From positions 13,681 through 77,680 of the forward strand of contig CAZNWE010000004.1 of assembly GCA_964576715.1 (NCBI GenBank): 64,000 bases of DNA. The letters are read 5' to 3'. The DNA comes from an uncultured Geminicoccaceae bacterium (lineage in GTDB: Bacteria; Pseudomonadota; Alphaproteobacteria; Geminicoccales; Geminicoccaceae). This document shows, one piece after another, positions 1 through 10,950 of this stretch (positions are counted from its first letter, which is position 1; every line of letters begins with the position of its first letter). Made by a program: the position numbers and the translations under genes. The notes under the pieces were generated by a model. That model ran no database searches, was not told the origin of the DNA, and was given only the letters and a program-made list of their open reading frames with translations.

Positions 1-150
1 CACGCCAGGCAGGCCGAGCGAGGCGAAGAAGCCCGCCGTGCCGGCCGGCGTGAAGACGAAGATCTTGAGACCGGCATGGGCGAGGAACAAAGCCCCCAGC
101 GACAGGCGGAGCAAGAGGGCGGCATAAGGGGCGGTACGGTGGTCGATCAT
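1..150 (-). CDS. DoxX-family membrane protein (N-terminal 50 aa only; the gene continues past the window's left edge)
   Basis: Reverse complement from the ATG at 150..148 reads MIDHRTAPYAALLLRLSLGALFLAHAGLKIFVFTPAGTAGFFASLGLPGV. This is the typical DoxX helix-1/2 pattern (LR..LG..F..HG..K). It is divergent from the LysR gene. Confidence 0.6.
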   Translation of the reverse strand, partial: MIDHRTAPYAALLLRLSLGALFLAHAGLKIFVFTPAGTAGFFASLGLPGV

Positions 151-301
151 GATGGCTCTCCTGGGTTCGGTTGCTGACACCCGACCCGGCAGGCCAAAAG
201 CGGCTGCGTCTCGGTTCGGCGTCTGACCAGGACTTTGCCGATCGCCACGCCAACGATAAACAGCCGTTGTGAAGCAAGACTATCTACAATATGTTGATAA
301 A

Positions 302-1198
302 ATGGACAGGCTTGACAACATGCGCGCCTTCGCGGCCGTCGTCGCCACCGGCTCCTTCACCGCCGCGGCCAGACGCCTCGACACCACGCCGCAACTCATC
401 AGCAAATACGTCAAGGCACTGGAGGACGAGCTCAACACCCGGCTCCTCAATCGAACCACCCGCAAGGTGGCGCTAACCGATGCCGGCCGTGGCTTTCATG
501 ACCGCTGTGTCCGCATCGTCGAGGACTACGACGCGCTCCGCGCCACGCTGCGCCAGGAGCGGCTGCAGCCGAAGGGCCGCCTCACCATCGCGGCACCCGT
601 CACCTTCGGCGAGCTGCAGCTCGCCGCCGCCGCCCGCGCCTTCACCATGGCCTATCCCGAGGTCGAGATCGAGCTCCAGCTCACCGACCGCTTCGTCGAC
701 CTCGTCGAGGAAGGCGTCGATCTTGCCATCCGCATTGCCGAGCTCGAGGATTCCAGCCTCGTCGCCCGCCGCCTCGCTCCGGCGCCGATCGTCTGTTGCG
801 CCACGCCGGCCTATCTCGAAGCCAATGGCGACCCTCGAACCCCCGCCGATCTCGCCGCCCACAGCTGCATCATCGACACCAACTTCCGCGATCGCGACCA
901 TTGGCCCTTCCGCGTCGACGGCCGCCGCCAGCTCGTCCGGGTCCAGGGCCGGCTCCGCGTCAACAGCGCCATTGCCGTCCGCAGCCTCGCACTGGCCGGC
1001 GCCGGCATCGCCCTCATCCCCGCCTACGTGATCGAAAGCGACCTCGACCGCCGAGCCCTCACCCCACTCCTCGAGGAGCACAACGCCTTCGACCTCGCCA
1101 TCAACGCCGTCTACCTCGAAACCCGCCACCTCTCCGCCAAGGTCCGCAGCTTCGTCGATTTCTTGGCGAAGCGCCTGCAAGCCCGGCCAGCCGACTGA
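302..1198 (+). CDS. LysR-family transcriptional regulator
   Basis: N-terminal wHTH MDRLDNMRAFAAVVATGSFTAAARRLDTTPQLISKYVKALEDELNTRLLNRTTRKVALTDAGR, followed by a LysR substrate-binding domain. The ATG at 302 is preferred over the GTG at 269. Classical divergent arrangement with the DoxX gene. Confidence 0.9.
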   Translation: MDRLDNMRAFAAVVATGSFTAAARRLDTTPQLISKYVKALEDELNTRLLNRTTRKVALTDAGRGFHDRCVRIVEDYDALRATLRQERLQPKGRLTIAAPVTFGELQLAAAARAFTMAYPEVEIELQLTDRFVDLVEEGVDLAIRIAELEDSSLVARRLAPAPIVCCATPAYLEANGDPRTPADLAAHSCIIDTNFRDRDHWPFRVDGRRQLVRVQGRLRVNSAIAVRSLALAGAGIALIPAYVIESDLDRRALTPLLEEHNAFDLAINAVYLETRHLSAKVRSFVDFLAKRLQARPAD

Positions 1199-1302
1199 GC
1201 CCCGCAGGACGCGACATGAGAAGAGCGGGGGGAAATGACTCCCCGCGGCACACCCTCCGAGTTTCGCGGTGGTGAGGTTGGTGAGCCAGGATTGCTGGCG
1301 GG

Positions 1303-2310
1303 TCAGGCGGCACCCGGCCGCCGGGTCGTGGCCCGCCTGGCTTCCTGCAGGAGATTGGGCAGGAGCACGGAAAGGATCAGGAGGAGGCCGATGACCCCGG
1401 TCTGCAGATGTCCGGTGATGTTGGCGAGCGCCATGCCGTTCCTGAGGCTGAGCACGATGAGGATCGAGAGCAGCACGCCCCAGAGCGTGCCCTTGCCGCC
1501 GAAGATGCTGACCCCGCCCAAGAGCACCATGGTGATGATGTCGAGCTCGAAGCCCAGGGCCACGTCGCCGCGCACGGCGCCCACCCGGGCGGTGAAGAGC
1601 AGGCCGGCCAGCGCCGCCACACCGCCCGACGCGATGAAGAGGGCGGCCTTGACCCGACGCACATTGACCCCCGAGTAGCGCGCCACCTCGGCACTGTTGC
1701 CGATAAAGTAGACCTTCCGGCCGAAGCCCGAGGAATGGAGCACGAAAAGCAGCACGGCGAACAGGGCGGCGAAGACCAGGAGCGCAATCGGCAGCGGGCC
1801 CAGGAGCGGCTGCTGGCCGAGCGTGTTGAACCAGTCCGGAAAGCTGGTGATGCCGCGGTCCTCGACCAGGATGCGGGCGACGCCGCGAAAGCCGATCAGC
1901 ATCGCCAGCGTCACCACCAGCGACGGAATGCCGACCACGGCGATCCAAAAGGCGTTGAACGCCCCGCCGAGGAGCCCCAGGGCCAGCACCAGCGGCACGG
2001 CGAGCCCGGCCGGCACGCCCGCTTGGAACAACCAGCCAAAGGCGCAGGCGGCAAGCCCCATCATCGAGGCAACTGAAAGGTCGATCTCGCCGTTGACGAT
2101 CACCAGCGTCATCATCAACGCCACGATGATCTTCTCGATCGACAGCTGAAAGAGGTTGATCTGGTTGCCGACGGTCAGGAACATCGGCGACATCGTCATG
2201 TTCATGGCGATGGTGACCAGGAGGATCAGCAAGAGCAGCCCTTCCCAGCCGCTCAGCCGTCGGCACAATCGGCCGAAGAGCTGCAGTGCCCGTCGCCCGG
2301 TCGCCGCCAT
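1303..2310 (-). CDS. Sugar ABC transporter permease (RbsC/RhaQ-like)
   Basis: Polytopic hydrophobic 335-aa protein. Contains the branched-chain/ribose permease family segment [15 protein letters not shown]. The TGATG overlap with the upstream permease suggests translational coupling. Confidence 0.88.
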   Translation of the reverse strand: MAATGRRALQLFGRLCRRLSGWEGLLLLILLVTIAMNMTMSPMFLTVGNQINLFQLSIEKIIVALMMTLVIVNGEIDLSVASMMGLAACAFGWLFQAGVPAGLAVPLVLALGLLGGAFNAFWIAVVGIPSLVVTLAMLIGFRGVARILVEDRGITSFPDWFNTLGQQPLLGPLPIALLVFAALFAVLLFVLHSSGFGRKVYFIGNSAEVARYSGVNVRRVKAALFIASGGVAALAGLLFTARVGAVRGDVALGFELDIITMVLLGGVSIFGGKGTLWGVLLSILIVLSLRNGMALANITGHLQTGVIGLLLILSVLLPNLLQEARRATTRRPGAA

Positions 2311-3383
2311 CAGCCGGTCCCCGGCCGGTGGCCGGTGCGCCCGGCCAGGGTCGGTGCCGGCGCCCCGGTAGGCGCCGCCAAGTGCCGGCGCCGGCGCAAC
2401 CGGTCGAGCGAGCGCGTCATCGCGGTGTCGACCGCGACCGCGATCAGGATCAGCCCGCCGAGCAGCGCATCGCGCCAGAACTCGCTGACCAGCGCCCAGC
2501 GGGTCAGGCTGTTATCGATGAGGTCGACCAGCGTGGTGCCGAGCACCACGCCGGCCACTGTGCCCGAGCCGCCGAAGATGTTGACCCCACCGACCACGAC
2601 GGCGGCCACCGACTTGAGCTCGAAGCCGAGGCCGGCCACGACCGTGATGTTGCCGAAGCGGGCGAGGAACATGAAGCCGGCGAGCCCGGCCAGGGCGCCG
2701 CTCAAGACGAATGCGGTAAAGACGACGCGCTGGGCGTTGATGCCGGCGATGGCCGCGGCGTCCGGGTTCGAGCCCACGGCATAGAGCCGGCGGGCGGCGC
2801 GCAGCCGGGTGAGCGCCAGATGGAAGACCAGGGCGACGCCCAGCGCCAGCGCCACGGTGACCCGGATATCGAGATCACCGATCGAGAACAGCGTGGCCCG
2901 CGGCAGCTCCACCACCCATTCCGGCAGCGAGCTCGTGGTGATCGACCGGCCCTCGGAGTACTCGACCAGCAGCGTGCGGTAGAGGGCGAGGGTGCCGAGT
3001 GTAACGATGATCGCCGGCACCCGGCCGTAGGCGACGAGCACGCCGTTGACCGCACCGAACACCGCCCCCATCGCCATCGCGGCCAGGATCACCGGCACCG
3101 GGTGAAGGTCGGGCAGGACGCCCAGCAGGTCGCCGGTCAAATAGGCGGTGAAGCCGACGATCGAGCCGACCGAGAGGTCGATGTTGCGGGTGATGACGAC
3201 CATCGCCTGGCCGATCGCGATCAGCATGATGATCGCGGCACTGGTCGAGACGCGGTTGAACATCCTGGGCGAGTAGTAATTCTCGATCTGGCTGCCGAAG
3301 AAGAGAACGACCAGCCCGAGCACCAGCGCCAGAGCCAGGACCCGCAAGGTCTGCGGCGAGGCCTGCCGGAGCCAGCCGGTCAT
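2310..3383 (-). CDS. Sugar ABC transporter permease (RbsC/RhaP-like)
   Basis: 357-aa polytopic protein with [15 protein letters not shown] and [18 protein letters not shown] motifs. Overlaps the ATPase gene by 4 nt. Confidence 0.88.
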   Translation of the reverse strand: MTGWLRQASPQTLRVLALALVLGLVVLFFGSQIENYYSPRMFNRVSTSAAIIMLIAIGQAMVVITRNIDLSVGSIVGFTAYLTGDLLGVLPDLHPVPVILAAMAMGAVFGAVNGVLVAYGRVPAIIVTLGTLALYRTLLVEYSEGRSITTSSLPEWVVELPRATLFSIGDLDIRVTVALALGVALVFHLALTRLRAARRLYAVGSNPDAAAIAGINAQRVVFTAFVLSGALAGLAGFMFLARFGNITVVAGLGFELKSVAAVVVGGVNIFGGSGTVAGVVLGTTLVDLIDNSLTRWALVSEFWRDALLGGLILIAVAVDTAMTRSLDRLRRRRHLAAPTGAPAPTLAGRTGHRPGTG

Positions 3384-4885
3384 GCCGCCTCGGCCGGCCG
3401 CTCACCGGTCGCCAGCGCCATGATCGCCTCGGGCGTCGCATGGGCGATGTCGAAGAGGCCCATCTGCCGGCCCTCGCGCATCACCAGCACGCGATCGGCC
3501 AGCGCCATGACCTCGGGCAGGTCCGAAGAGATGACGATGATCGCGACCCCTTCGGCCGCCAGCTGGTTGATGATGGCATGGACCTCGGTCTTCGCCCCGA
3601 CGTCGATGCCGCGGGTCGGCTCGTCGACGATGAGCAGGCGCGGGCCGGTCTCCAGCCATTTCGCCAGCATCACCTTCTGCTGGTTGCCGCCCGAGAGCTT
3701 GCCCGTCTCCAGGCCGACATCGGTGGTGCGGATGCTCAGCCGTTCCCGGTGCTGCTCGGCCATGGCCCGCTCGGCTCGCCGGTCGATGCGGCCGAAGCGG
3801 CCGAGCAGGCGATCGAGGCTGGGCAGCGAGATGTTGGCGAAGATCGGCAGGGCCAGGGCGAGCCCGAGCTTGCGCCGGTCCTCGGAGACATAGGCGATGC
3901 CATGGCGCATCGCGGCCTCTGGCGTGTCGATGACGACGCCCTCGCCGTAGAGCTCGATGGTGCCGTCGGTCGCCGGCTGGATGCCGAACAGCGCCAGGCC
4001 CACATCGGTGCGCCTGGAGCCCACGAGCCCCGAGAAGCAGAGGATCTCGCCTGCGTGGAGATCGAAGGTGACACCTTCGAACACCGCCTCGCGGCCGAGG
4101 CCGCGCACGCTCAGCAGGCGCGCGCCATGGGCGGCGGCCTTGGTCTTGGCAACGAAGTGGTCGACCGCCCGGCCGACCATGTCGCGCACCATGCCGTCTC
4201 GGGTCACCTCGCCGATCGGCCGGGTCGAGATACGGCGGCCGTCGCGCAGCACGGTGACCCGGTCGGCGAGCTCGAACACCTCCTCGAGCCGGTGCGAGAT
4301 GTAGAGCACCGCGACCCCCCGGCTCCGCAGCGTCCGGGCGATCTGCATCAGCCGGTCGACCTCGTGCGCCGACAGCGACGCCGTGGGCTCATCCATGATC
4401 AGCACCTTGACGTCGAGCGAGATGGCCCGCGCGATCTCGACCGTCTGCTGCTCGGCCAGGGTGAGGCCGCTCGCTGCCCGGCGGACGTCGAGCGTCACCC
4501 CCAGCCGCCCGATCAGCGCGGCGGCATCGGCGTGCAGCTTCTTCCAGTCGACGAGGACCCCCATGCCCTGGTGGCTGATGAAGATGTTCTCGGCCACGTC
4601 GAGGTCGGGAAAGACCATGGGCTCCTGGTAGATCGCGGCGATGCCGAGGGCCTGGGCGGCCTGCGGATCGGCGATCGTCAGCGGCTGGCCGGCGAGTCGG
4701 ATGGTCCCGGCGTCCGGCTGGTGCACACCGGTCAGGATCTTGATCAGCGTCGACTTGCCGGCCCCGTTCTCGCCGACCAGGGCATGGATTTCGCCCGGAT
4801 GGAACGCGACCGAGACGTCGGCCAAGGCCGCCGTCAGCGCGAAGCTCTTGGCGATGCCGTCGAGGGCGAGAATCGGCTCAGGCAC
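3380..4885 (-). CDS. Sugar ABC transporter ATP-binding protein (duplicated ABC domains)
   Basis: Walker [10 protein letters not shown], signature LSGGNQQKV, Walker [16 protein letters not shown]. 501 aa with two nucleotide-binding domains, as in RbsA/RhaT-type ATPases. Confidence 0.95.
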   Translation of the reverse strand: MPEPILALDGIAKSFALTAALADVSVAFHPGEIHALVGENGAGKSTLIKILTGVHQPDAGTIRLAGQPLTIADPQAAQALGIAAIYQEPMVFPDLDVAENIFISHQGMGVLVDWKKLHADAAALIGRLGVTLDVRRAASGLTLAEQQTVEIARAISLDVKVLIMDEPTASLSAHEVDRLMQIARTLRSRGVAVLYISHRLEEVFELADRVTVLRDGRRISTRPIGEVTRDGMVRDMVGRAVDHFVAKTKAAAHGARLLSVRGLGREAVFEGVTFDLHAGEILCFSGLVGSRRTDVGLALFGIQPATDGTIELYGEGVVIDTPEAAMRHGIAYVSEDRRKLGLALALPIFANISLPSLDRLLGRFGRIDRRAERAMAEQHRERLSIRTTDVGLETGKLSGGNQQKVMLAKWLETGPRLLIVDEPTRGIDVGAKTEVHAIINQLAAEGVAIIVISSDLPEVMALADRVLVMREGRQMGLFDIAHATPEAIMALATGERPAEAA

Positions 4886-4921
4886 TGGCGCGCGCCCGGG
4901 CCGACTCCGCCCGGCCGTCGC

Positions 4922-5962
4922 TCACTGCGCCGCGGCCTCGACGTTGTCCTGGTTGTAGACGGTGAACGGGCCCATCAGCACCCTGTTGCCGGCATCGCGA
5001 GTCGGGTCCTTCTCGATGGTGAAGGTGCCCATCCGCCCGGCCTCGAACGCGTCGCCGACCTCGCCCGCGATGGCGCCCGTGGCGATCAGGTAGGACGTGT
5101 AGTAGGTGAGGTAGCCGAGATCGACGAAGCTCCAGAGCGCGAACTCGGGCGCACAGCCGTTCATGGTATAGCTGACCATCTCGGCCGGCACGCCGAGCCC
5201 CGAGACCTTGACCTGGTCGCAGAGATCCTCGTCCTGCATCGCCTTGGCGGCGGCGACGATGCCGACCGAGGTCGGCGCCATGATCAGGTCCAGCCCCGCA
5301 TGGCGGTCGACCAGGGCCAGCGCCCGGTTGTAGCTGAGCTCCGACTGGTCGTCGCCATAGACGATGTCGACGAGCTGCATGCCGCCATACTTCTCGTTTT
5401 CGAGTGCGCGCTGCATGGCGGCGATCCAGGCGTTCTGGTTGGCCGCGTCCGGGGTCGCGGAAAGGACCGCGAACTGGCCTTCGCCGTCCATGATGCTGTG
5501 CGCCATGTCGGCCATGACGATGCCGATGTCGTTGAAGTCGACCTGGGCGACGAAGACCGTCTCGCCCTCGGCCGACGGGATCGGCGAGTCCCAGGTGACC
5601 ACCTTGGTGCCGGCGGCCTGTGCTGCGGTCGCCGAGGGGACGATCTGGTCGCCGGAGTTATTCGACAGCATAACCACCTGCTGGCCCTGCGTCGCCGCGG
5701 TGGTCATGATCTCGATCTGCCCGGCGACGCTGTTCTCGGGCGTCGGGCCCACATAGAGCAGTTCGCCCTGGTTCTCGAGCTCGGCATGCGCCTCCTCGGC
5801 CCCACGATTGGCCTGGTCGAACGGCAGGATGCCGAGGAACTTCGGCAACAGCACCATGTTGACCGTCTCGCCCTTGGTCGCCGTCACCGGCTGGGCGAGG
5901 GCCGTGCCCGCGAGGAGCGATGCGGCCATGGCCGCAAGACCGGAGAGTCGCGTGCCGTTCAT
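4922..5962 (-). CDS. Periplasmic sugar-binding protein (RhaS/LsrB-like family)
   Basis: Signal peptide [25 protein letters not shown] followed by a type I periplasmic-binding fold. The gene order SBP-ATPase-permease-permease matches rhizobial rhaSTPQ. Substrate cannot be inferred from sequence alone. Confidence 0.85.
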   Translation of the reverse strand: MNGTRLSGLAAMAASLLAGTALAQPVTATKGETVNMVLLPKFLGILPFDQANRGAEEAHAELENQGELLYVGPTPENSVAGQIEIMTTAATQGQQVVMLSNNSGDQIVPSATAAQAAGTKVVTWDSPIPSAEGETVFVAQVDFNDIGIVMADMAHSIMDGEGQFAVLSATPDAANQNAWIAAMQRALENEKYGGMQLVDIVYGDDQSELSYNRALALVDRHAGLDLIMAPTSVGIVAAAKAMQDEDLCDQVKVSGLGVPAEMVSYTMNGCAPEFALWSFVDLGYLTYYTSYLIATGAIAGEVGDAFEAGRMGTFTIEKDPTRDAGNRVLMGPFTVYNQDNVEAAAQ

Positions 5963-6487
5963 GTTCAGGCCTCCCTTGTGCCCTGTTCGTTAGCGAAACC
6001 ATCCCTTCCGGCCGCCTGGGCACGGCCGAACCCGATCGGTTCCCGGTTTGGAGCGGTAGAAGTGGCCGACACCCCTGTCAAGCATCCGCCAACGGCGGGG
6101 CGGGAAACCCGGACTATCCCGGCCGTTGAGTGCGAAAACCGGACAACATCCGAGCCTTGTCGCAGCCGGACAGCCAGGGCTCGATGTTGCCCATGCGCCG
6201 ACGGAAGATGCGACGTCGGTGACGCCGCGACGACCGTAAGCCGCAGCGCTTTGGATCGCCGCAGTTCGCTGCATCCGCAAATCCGGTACGCGCGACCAAG
6301 TAAGGTATACGAGAACTATCGCGCCAAGGATGTCGTGCCGCGCCTGCGGCATCATGCCTGACGATGGCCGTTCGAAGCCGGTGGACGGCCGCGGGCGAGA
6401 GCCGGCGCGGCTTTGAGCCGTGGCAGCGTTGCGCTGCGACATTGCAGCACGGTGTCCAGGCACCTTGACGCTAGATCGCTCGGATAC

Positions 6488-7300
6488 ATGTCCCCGGCCA
6501 ACGGCTCAACAGCAGAAAAGGTGTCTGCCGTGGAAATGCTCTCTGTTGGTCAGTACCAACTGATCGCCAACGCGTTCTCGTTCACCCTCGCAACCATGGG
6601 TGCGGCGACCTTGTTCTTTTGGTTCGGGCGATCGCAAGTCACCGCAAACTACAAAACTGCGCTGACCATCACCGGTCTGGTGACGTTCATTGCCGCCTAT
6701 CACTACTGGCGGATTGGACTTAGCTGGTCTGAAGCTTACGAGATCGTCGATGGCGCGGTCGTTGCAACGGGCGTCGGGTTCAACGACGCCTATCGCTACG
6801 TGGATTGGCTGTTGACCGTGCCGCTACTGCTCGTCGAGCTCATTCTCGTCATGAATCTGGCGCGAGCCGAGACCATGTCGAAGGCGACGCGCCTGGGCAT
6901 CTTGGCAGTGCTGATGATCGTGCTGGGCTACCCGGGCGAGGTGGCCGACACGACCAGCGGTCGGCTGCTCTGGGGTACATTGTCGATGCTGCCCTTCCTT
7001 TGGATCGTCTACGAACTGTTCTACGGCTTGCGCTCGGCCATCGAGCGCCAGCCGGACGATGTTCGCGGGCTGGTCAATACGGCGAGATGGGTGACCGTCT
7101 TGTCCTGGTCGTTTTACCCTGTGGTTTATTTTGGTGCCCTGCTCGGGTTCGGCGGCGGTGGCTCGGAGACGGTGATCCAGGTCGGGTACACGCTAGCAGA
7201 TATCATCGCCAAGGCCGCGTTCGGCGTGCTCATCTACCTGATCGCGGTGCGCAAGTCGGCACATGACACCGGCTTCACCGGGGTTCCCTCGGCAGCGTGA
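6488..7300 (+). CDS. Microbial rhodopsin, xanthorhodopsin/Gloeobacter-rhodopsin-like light-driven proton pump
   Basis: Helix C RYVDWLLTVPLLLVE carries the D-T-E motif, with Leu at the spectral-tuning position. His is present in AAYHYWRI. The Schiff-base Lys is in YTLADIIAKAAFG. GQYQLIANAFSFTLATM, GYPGE and LLWGTLSMLPF resemble Gloeobacter rhodopsin. The ATG at 6488 is preferred to the upstream TTG at 6413; the start is uncertain. Confidence 0.9.
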   Translation: MSPANGSTAEKVSAVEMLSVGQYQLIANAFSFTLATMGAATLFFWFGRSQVTANYKTALTITGLVTFIAAYHYWRIGLSWSEAYEIVDGAVVATGVGFNDAYRYVDWLLTVPLLLVELILVMNLARAETMSKATRLGILAVLMIVLGYPGEVADTTSGRLLWGTLSMLPFLWIVYELFYGLRSAIERQPDDVRGLVNTARWVTVLSWSFYPVVYFGALLGFGGGGSETVIQVGYTLADIIAKAAFGVLIYLIAVRKSAHDTGFTGVPSAA

Positions 7301-7348
7301 TCTGGGCGGCGGCGCTGCGGCGCCGCCGCACCCCGTCTGGAGTTTGCC

Positions 7349-8944
7349 ATGTCCGCCCTTACCGATCAGCCTGCAGCGTCGCTGCCGTTTGCCCGAGGTC
7401 ATTTTGCGCGCAGTTTCTCGCATTCGGCAGCCGGGCGGACCAACGACACGCCGGCAAAACGCTCGGCGCCGCAGGCCGTGGTCTGCGGCGCCGGCTTCGG
7501 CGGCATTGCCGCCGCCTTGCGCCTGCGTGCCAAAGGTTATGCCGTCACTCTCGTCGACCAGTGTTCCCGGCTCGGCGGGCGGGCCCAAGTGTTCGAACGT
7601 GATGGCTTCCGCCACGATGCGGGGCCGACCGTGCTCACCGCACCCTTTCTATTCGAGGAACTGTTCGCGCTCTTCGGCAAGTCGCTCGGGGACTACGTCG
7701 AGCTGACCATGCCATCACCCTGGTACCGCTTCGCTTTCGCCGACGGCAGCGCTTTCGACTATGGCCCGACGGAGGCAGCGACAGAGGCCGAGATCGCGCG
7801 CATCGCCCCGGGTGAGGTCGAGGGTTACCGACGGCTCGGTGCAGCGTCGGCCGAAATCTACCGTGTCGCCTTCGATCGGCTCGCCGACCAGCCGTTTCAC
7901 CGCCCTATGGTGATGCTACGCCAGCTGCCGGCTTTCCTGAAGCTGCGCACCTATCAAACGGTCTGGGACTTCGTGAGCCGCTTCTTTCACGACGAACGCC
8001 TGAAGAAAGCGTTCTCCATCCAGCCCTTGCTGCTCGGCGGCAACCCGTTCACCACGACCAGCATCTACGCCCTCATCAATCACCTCGAACGCCGCCATGG
8101 CGTCTGGTTCGCCATGGGCGGGACGGGTGCCTTGATCGACGCTCTCGAGCGCCTGCTGCGCGAAGAGGGCGTCGAGATCCACCTGAATGTGGCGGTCGAG
8201 CGCATTCTGGTCGAGAATGGTCGTGCCACCGGTGTCCGGCTTGTGGATGGCAGGACACTGCAGGCGGCTGTCGTCGTCTCCAATGCCGACCCGGTGCACC
8301 TCTACCGGCACCTGCTGCCCGACGCCGCGTCATCCTGGCTGGCCCGGCGGCGCGCCGCCAAGGCGACCCTGTCGATGGGCCTGTTCGTCCTCTTCTTCGG
8401 GGCGAAACGGCAATGGCCGGAAGTGGCGCACCACACCATCTGGTTCGGCGAGCGGCATCGCGAATTGCTGGACGACATCTTCCATCGCCAGGTGCTCGCC
8501 GACGATTTCTCGCTCTATCTGCATCGCCCGACGGCCACCGATCCGAGCTTCGCGCCCGACGGCTGCGACAGCTTCTACGTGCTCTGCCCGGTGCCGAACC
8601 TGCAAGCCAAAGGCATCGACTGGTCGATCGAAGGGCCACGCTTGCGCGACCGCATCGTCAGCGCACTGGATCGCGGCCTGCTGCCCGGGCTCGGCGACAC
8701 GATCTGCGCGGATTTCTACATGACTCCTGAGGATTTCAAGCAACGCTACAGCAGCGTCGACGGTGCGGGCTTCTCGATCGCACCACTGTTCCGTCAATCG
8801 GCCTGGTTCCGCTTCCACAACGCCGGCGAGGGTATCGAGGGCCTTTATCTGGTCGGTGCCGGCACGCATCCGGGAGCCGGCATTCCGGGCGTCGTGCTCT
8901 CCGCCAAAGTCGTTGACCGCCTGATCGCGCCGGTGCGGGCATGA
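7349..8944 (+). CDS. crtI: Phytoene desaturase
   Basis: FAD-binding VVCGAGFGGIAAALRL, C-terminal LVGAGTHPGAGIPGV, size typical of CrtI. The N-terminus may be shorter; an in-frame GTG lies at 7478. Confidence 0.9.
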   Translation: MSALTDQPAASLPFARGHFARSFSHSAAGRTNDTPAKRSAPQAVVCGAGFGGIAAALRLRAKGYAVTLVDQCSRLGGRAQVFERDGFRHDAGPTVLTAPFLFEELFALFGKSLGDYVELTMPSPWYRFAFADGSAFDYGPTEAATEAEIARIAPGEVEGYRRLGAASAEIYRVAFDRLADQPFHRPMVMLRQLPAFLKLRTYQTVWDFVSRFFHDERLKKAFSIQPLLLGGNPFTTTSIYALINHLERRHGVWFAMGGTGALIDALERLLREEGVEIHLNVAVERILVENGRATGVRLVDGRTLQAAVVVSNADPVHLYRHLLPDAASSWLARRRAAKATLSMGLFVLFFGAKRQWPEVAHHTIWFGERHRELLDDIFHRQVLADDFSLYLHRPTATDPSFAPDGCDSFYVLCPVPNLQAKGIDWSIEGPRLRDRIVSALDRGLLPGLGDTICADFYMTPEDFKQRYSSVDGAGFSIAPLFRQSAWFRFHNAGEGIEGLYLVGAGTHPGAGIPGVVLSAKVVDRLIAPVRA

Positions 8945-9828
8945 GCGAGACCGTCACAGCGCACAGTATCCTGCGTCGCCGGGGCAGTACCTTCGCCCTG
9001 GCCGCGGGCCTCCTGCCGCAGCCGCAGGCGGTCCACGTGGCCCGGCTCTATGCCGCCTGCCGGGCGATTGACGACTTGGCCGACGAGGTGGACCCGGCCC
9101 TGGGCGGCCCGCGCCTGGCGGCGATCCGCCAGGAACTCGCGCAAGGGCAGCCGCACGATCCGATCGCACGGGATATCGTCGCCCTTGCGGCCGAATCCGC
9201 CTTCGACCTTGGCACCTCGGTCGAACTGGTCGATGGCGTGCGGGGCGATCTCGGCCCGGTCAGCCTCGCCGACACGGACGAACTGCTCCGCTACGCCTAT
9301 GCCGTCGCCGGTACGGTCGGCTGCATGATGGCCGACCTCCTGGGTGCTCGATCGACTGATGCGCGGCAATATGCGGTCGATCTCGGTATCGCCATGCAGC
9401 TGACCAACATCGCCCGTGACGTCCTCGAGGATGCACGCCGCGGGCGCCGCTACCTGCCGGGCAGCTGGGCTCCGTTCACTCCCGAGGAGATCGCGACGGC
9501 GGCCGTGGCCGTGCGCCCCCGTTGTGCCCTGGCAATCCTGCGCGTTCTCGCTCTCGCTGACCGCTTCTACGATCGCGGGCTTTTGGGCCTGTGCTATCTG
9601 CCGCTGCGCCAGCGCCTCGCCATTAGCGTCGCCGCCGCCGTCTACAGGGAAATCGGCACGCTCATCCGCCAGCGCCAGGCCCCCTACTGGGAAGGCCGGG
9701 TTAGCGTGCCGCCGGCCCGACGGCTGGCCGTGGCGGCCGCAGCCGGGCTGCGGGCTCTGCGCACGCCGGTTGTATGGCCGGCGAGCAGCGGCACGAGCCC
9801 GGGGAGTTTCGATCATGCCCGTGCCTGA
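8941..9828 (+). CDS. crtB: Phytoene synthase
   Basis: Squalene/phytoene synthase motifs YAACRAIDDLADE and MQLTNIARDVLEDARRGRRYLP. ATGA overlap with crtI. Confidence 0.9.
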   Translation: MSETVTAHSILRRRGSTFALAAGLLPQPQAVHVARLYAACRAIDDLADEVDPALGGPRLAAIRQELAQGQPHDPIARDIVALAAESAFDLGTSVELVDGVRGDLGPVSLADTDELLRYAYAVAGTVGCMMADLLGARSTDARQYAVDLGIAMQLTNIARDVLEDARRGRRYLPGSWAPFTPEEIATAAVAVRPRCALAILRVLALADRFYDRGLLGLCYLPLRQRLAISVAAAVYREIGTLIRQRQAPYWEGRVSVPPARRLAVAAAAGLRALRTPVVWPASSGTSPGSFDHARA

Positions 9829-10948
9829 CGTGGACGTCGCCATTCTTGGCGGTGGCTGTGCCGGCCTCAGCCTCGCCATGCGGCTCGCCGGCACCAAGCT
9901 GCGCGTCGCCGTCGTCGAGCCGCGGCATGCCTACAGCGACGACCGAACCTGGTCGTTCTGGCAAACGGCACCCCACCCGTTCGACGACTGCACCCGCCGG
10001 CGCTGGGACCGCTGGTCTGTCGAGGCGGGCGGCCGCACGGTGCAACGCATCTCGTCCAGCCTTCGCTACCAGTCACTGAGTGCCCTTGCCGTCTACCAAA
10101 AGGCGATACGGACCCTGGGCACCGCCGCCAATGTCCAGCTGTTGCTCGGTACCTCAGTCGTGGGCGATCCGCGCCGCACCGCCCTCGGTACCGCCCTCGA
10201 GATCGAAACGACGGCCGGCGCACTCAGCGCCGCATGGGTCGTTGACAGCCGACCGCGGCCTGCCGATCGCGGCTTCGGCCAATACTTCATCGGCCATGAA
10301 ATCGAGGTCGATGGCGCGGTGTTCGACGAGCGCGAGGTCGAGCTCATGGCTTTCGCCACGCCTCGGCGCGAGCGCACCGACTTCATCTACACCCTGCCCT
10401 TCGCCCGCGACCGGGCGCTGATCGAAGCCACGAGCTTCGCCGCTGCCGACCCGGGTGAGGCGGTGCTGGGCGCCGCCCTCACCGCCGCGATCGAGGCCCG
10501 CTCCGGCGGCCGGCGCGTCACCTGCCACCGCGTCGAGCGCGGCTTCATCCCGATGCGGTGCACCGGCGGGCAGCCGGCCGCGGCAACCCCGGAGCCGCGC
10601 TGGCTGCGAGCCGGCCTTGCCGGTGGTGCCGCACGACCGAGCACCGGCTACGCCTTCCAGCGCATCCAGGCCACCGCCGACGTTCAGGCAGCCGCACTCG
10701 TCCACGGCCGGCCGCTGGCACCTGTCGCCCTCGACAGCCGGTTCACCTGCTGGATGGACGGGCTGTTCCTGCGGGTGCTCCGGCGCTGGCCCGAACGCGC
10801 GCCCGGGCTGTTCCTCGAGCTCTTCGCGCAAGCGCCGCCGGACCGGCTGGAGCGGTTCCTGTCCGGCTCGACGGCACCGCGGGACCGGCTCGCCGTGGTC
10901 GGATCACTGCCACCGATGCCGTTCCTCCGCGAACTGCTGGCGGTTTAG
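9815..10948 (+). CDS. crtY: Lycopene beta-cyclase (CrtY type)
   Basis: MPVPDVDVAILGGGCAGLSLAMRLAG dinucleotide-binding N-terminus and FIGHEIEV-type core. The start is taken at the internal ATG 9815 of ORF 9416..10948, overlapping the crtB end by 14 nt. Confidence 0.85.
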   Translation: MPVPDVDVAILGGGCAGLSLAMRLAGTKLRVAVVEPRHAYSDDRTWSFWQTAPHPFDDCTRRRWDRWSVEAGGRTVQRISSSLRYQSLSALAVYQKAIRTLGTAANVQLLLGTSVVGDPRRTALGTALEIETTAGALSAAWVVDSRPRPADRGFGQYFIGHEIEVDGAVFDEREVELMAFATPRRERTDFIYTLPFARDRALIEATSFAAADPGEAVLGAALTAAIEARSGGRRVTCHRVERGFIPMRCTGGQPAAATPEPRWLRAGLAGGAARPSTGYAFQRIQATADVQAAALVHGRPLAPVALDSRFTCWMDGLFLRVLRRWPERAPGLFLELFAQAPPDRLERFLSGSTAPRDRLAVVGSLPPMPFLRELLAV

Positions 10949-10950
10949 TC

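Noticed and set aside
269-301. GTG start at 269 for the LysR regulator
   Set aside because: It adds 11 residues before the canonical M-x-L-x-x-(M/L)-x-x-F opening. The ATG at 302 gives the standard LysR N-terminus.
473-2266. 597-aa minus-strand ORF, with companion ORFs at 480..1031, 796..1275 and 1408..2076, overlapping the LysR and permease genes
   Set aside because: Extreme Arg/Gly/Pro/Asp composition with no motifs. Antisense or out of frame to genes with clear family signatures. A typical high-GC shadow frame.
3440-6361. 973-aa plus-strand ORF spanning the ABC ATPase and binding-protein genes
   Set aside because: Antisense to two genes with unambiguous Walker/signature motifs and a signal peptide. 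Low-complexity Arg/Asp/Gly/Leu-rich translation.
9416-9814. N-terminal 133 codons of ORF 9416..10948 as part of crtY
   Set aside because: This stretch lies inside crtB in another frame and is Arg/Ala/Ser/Cys-rich. The FAD-binding motif begins right after the internal ATG at 9815.
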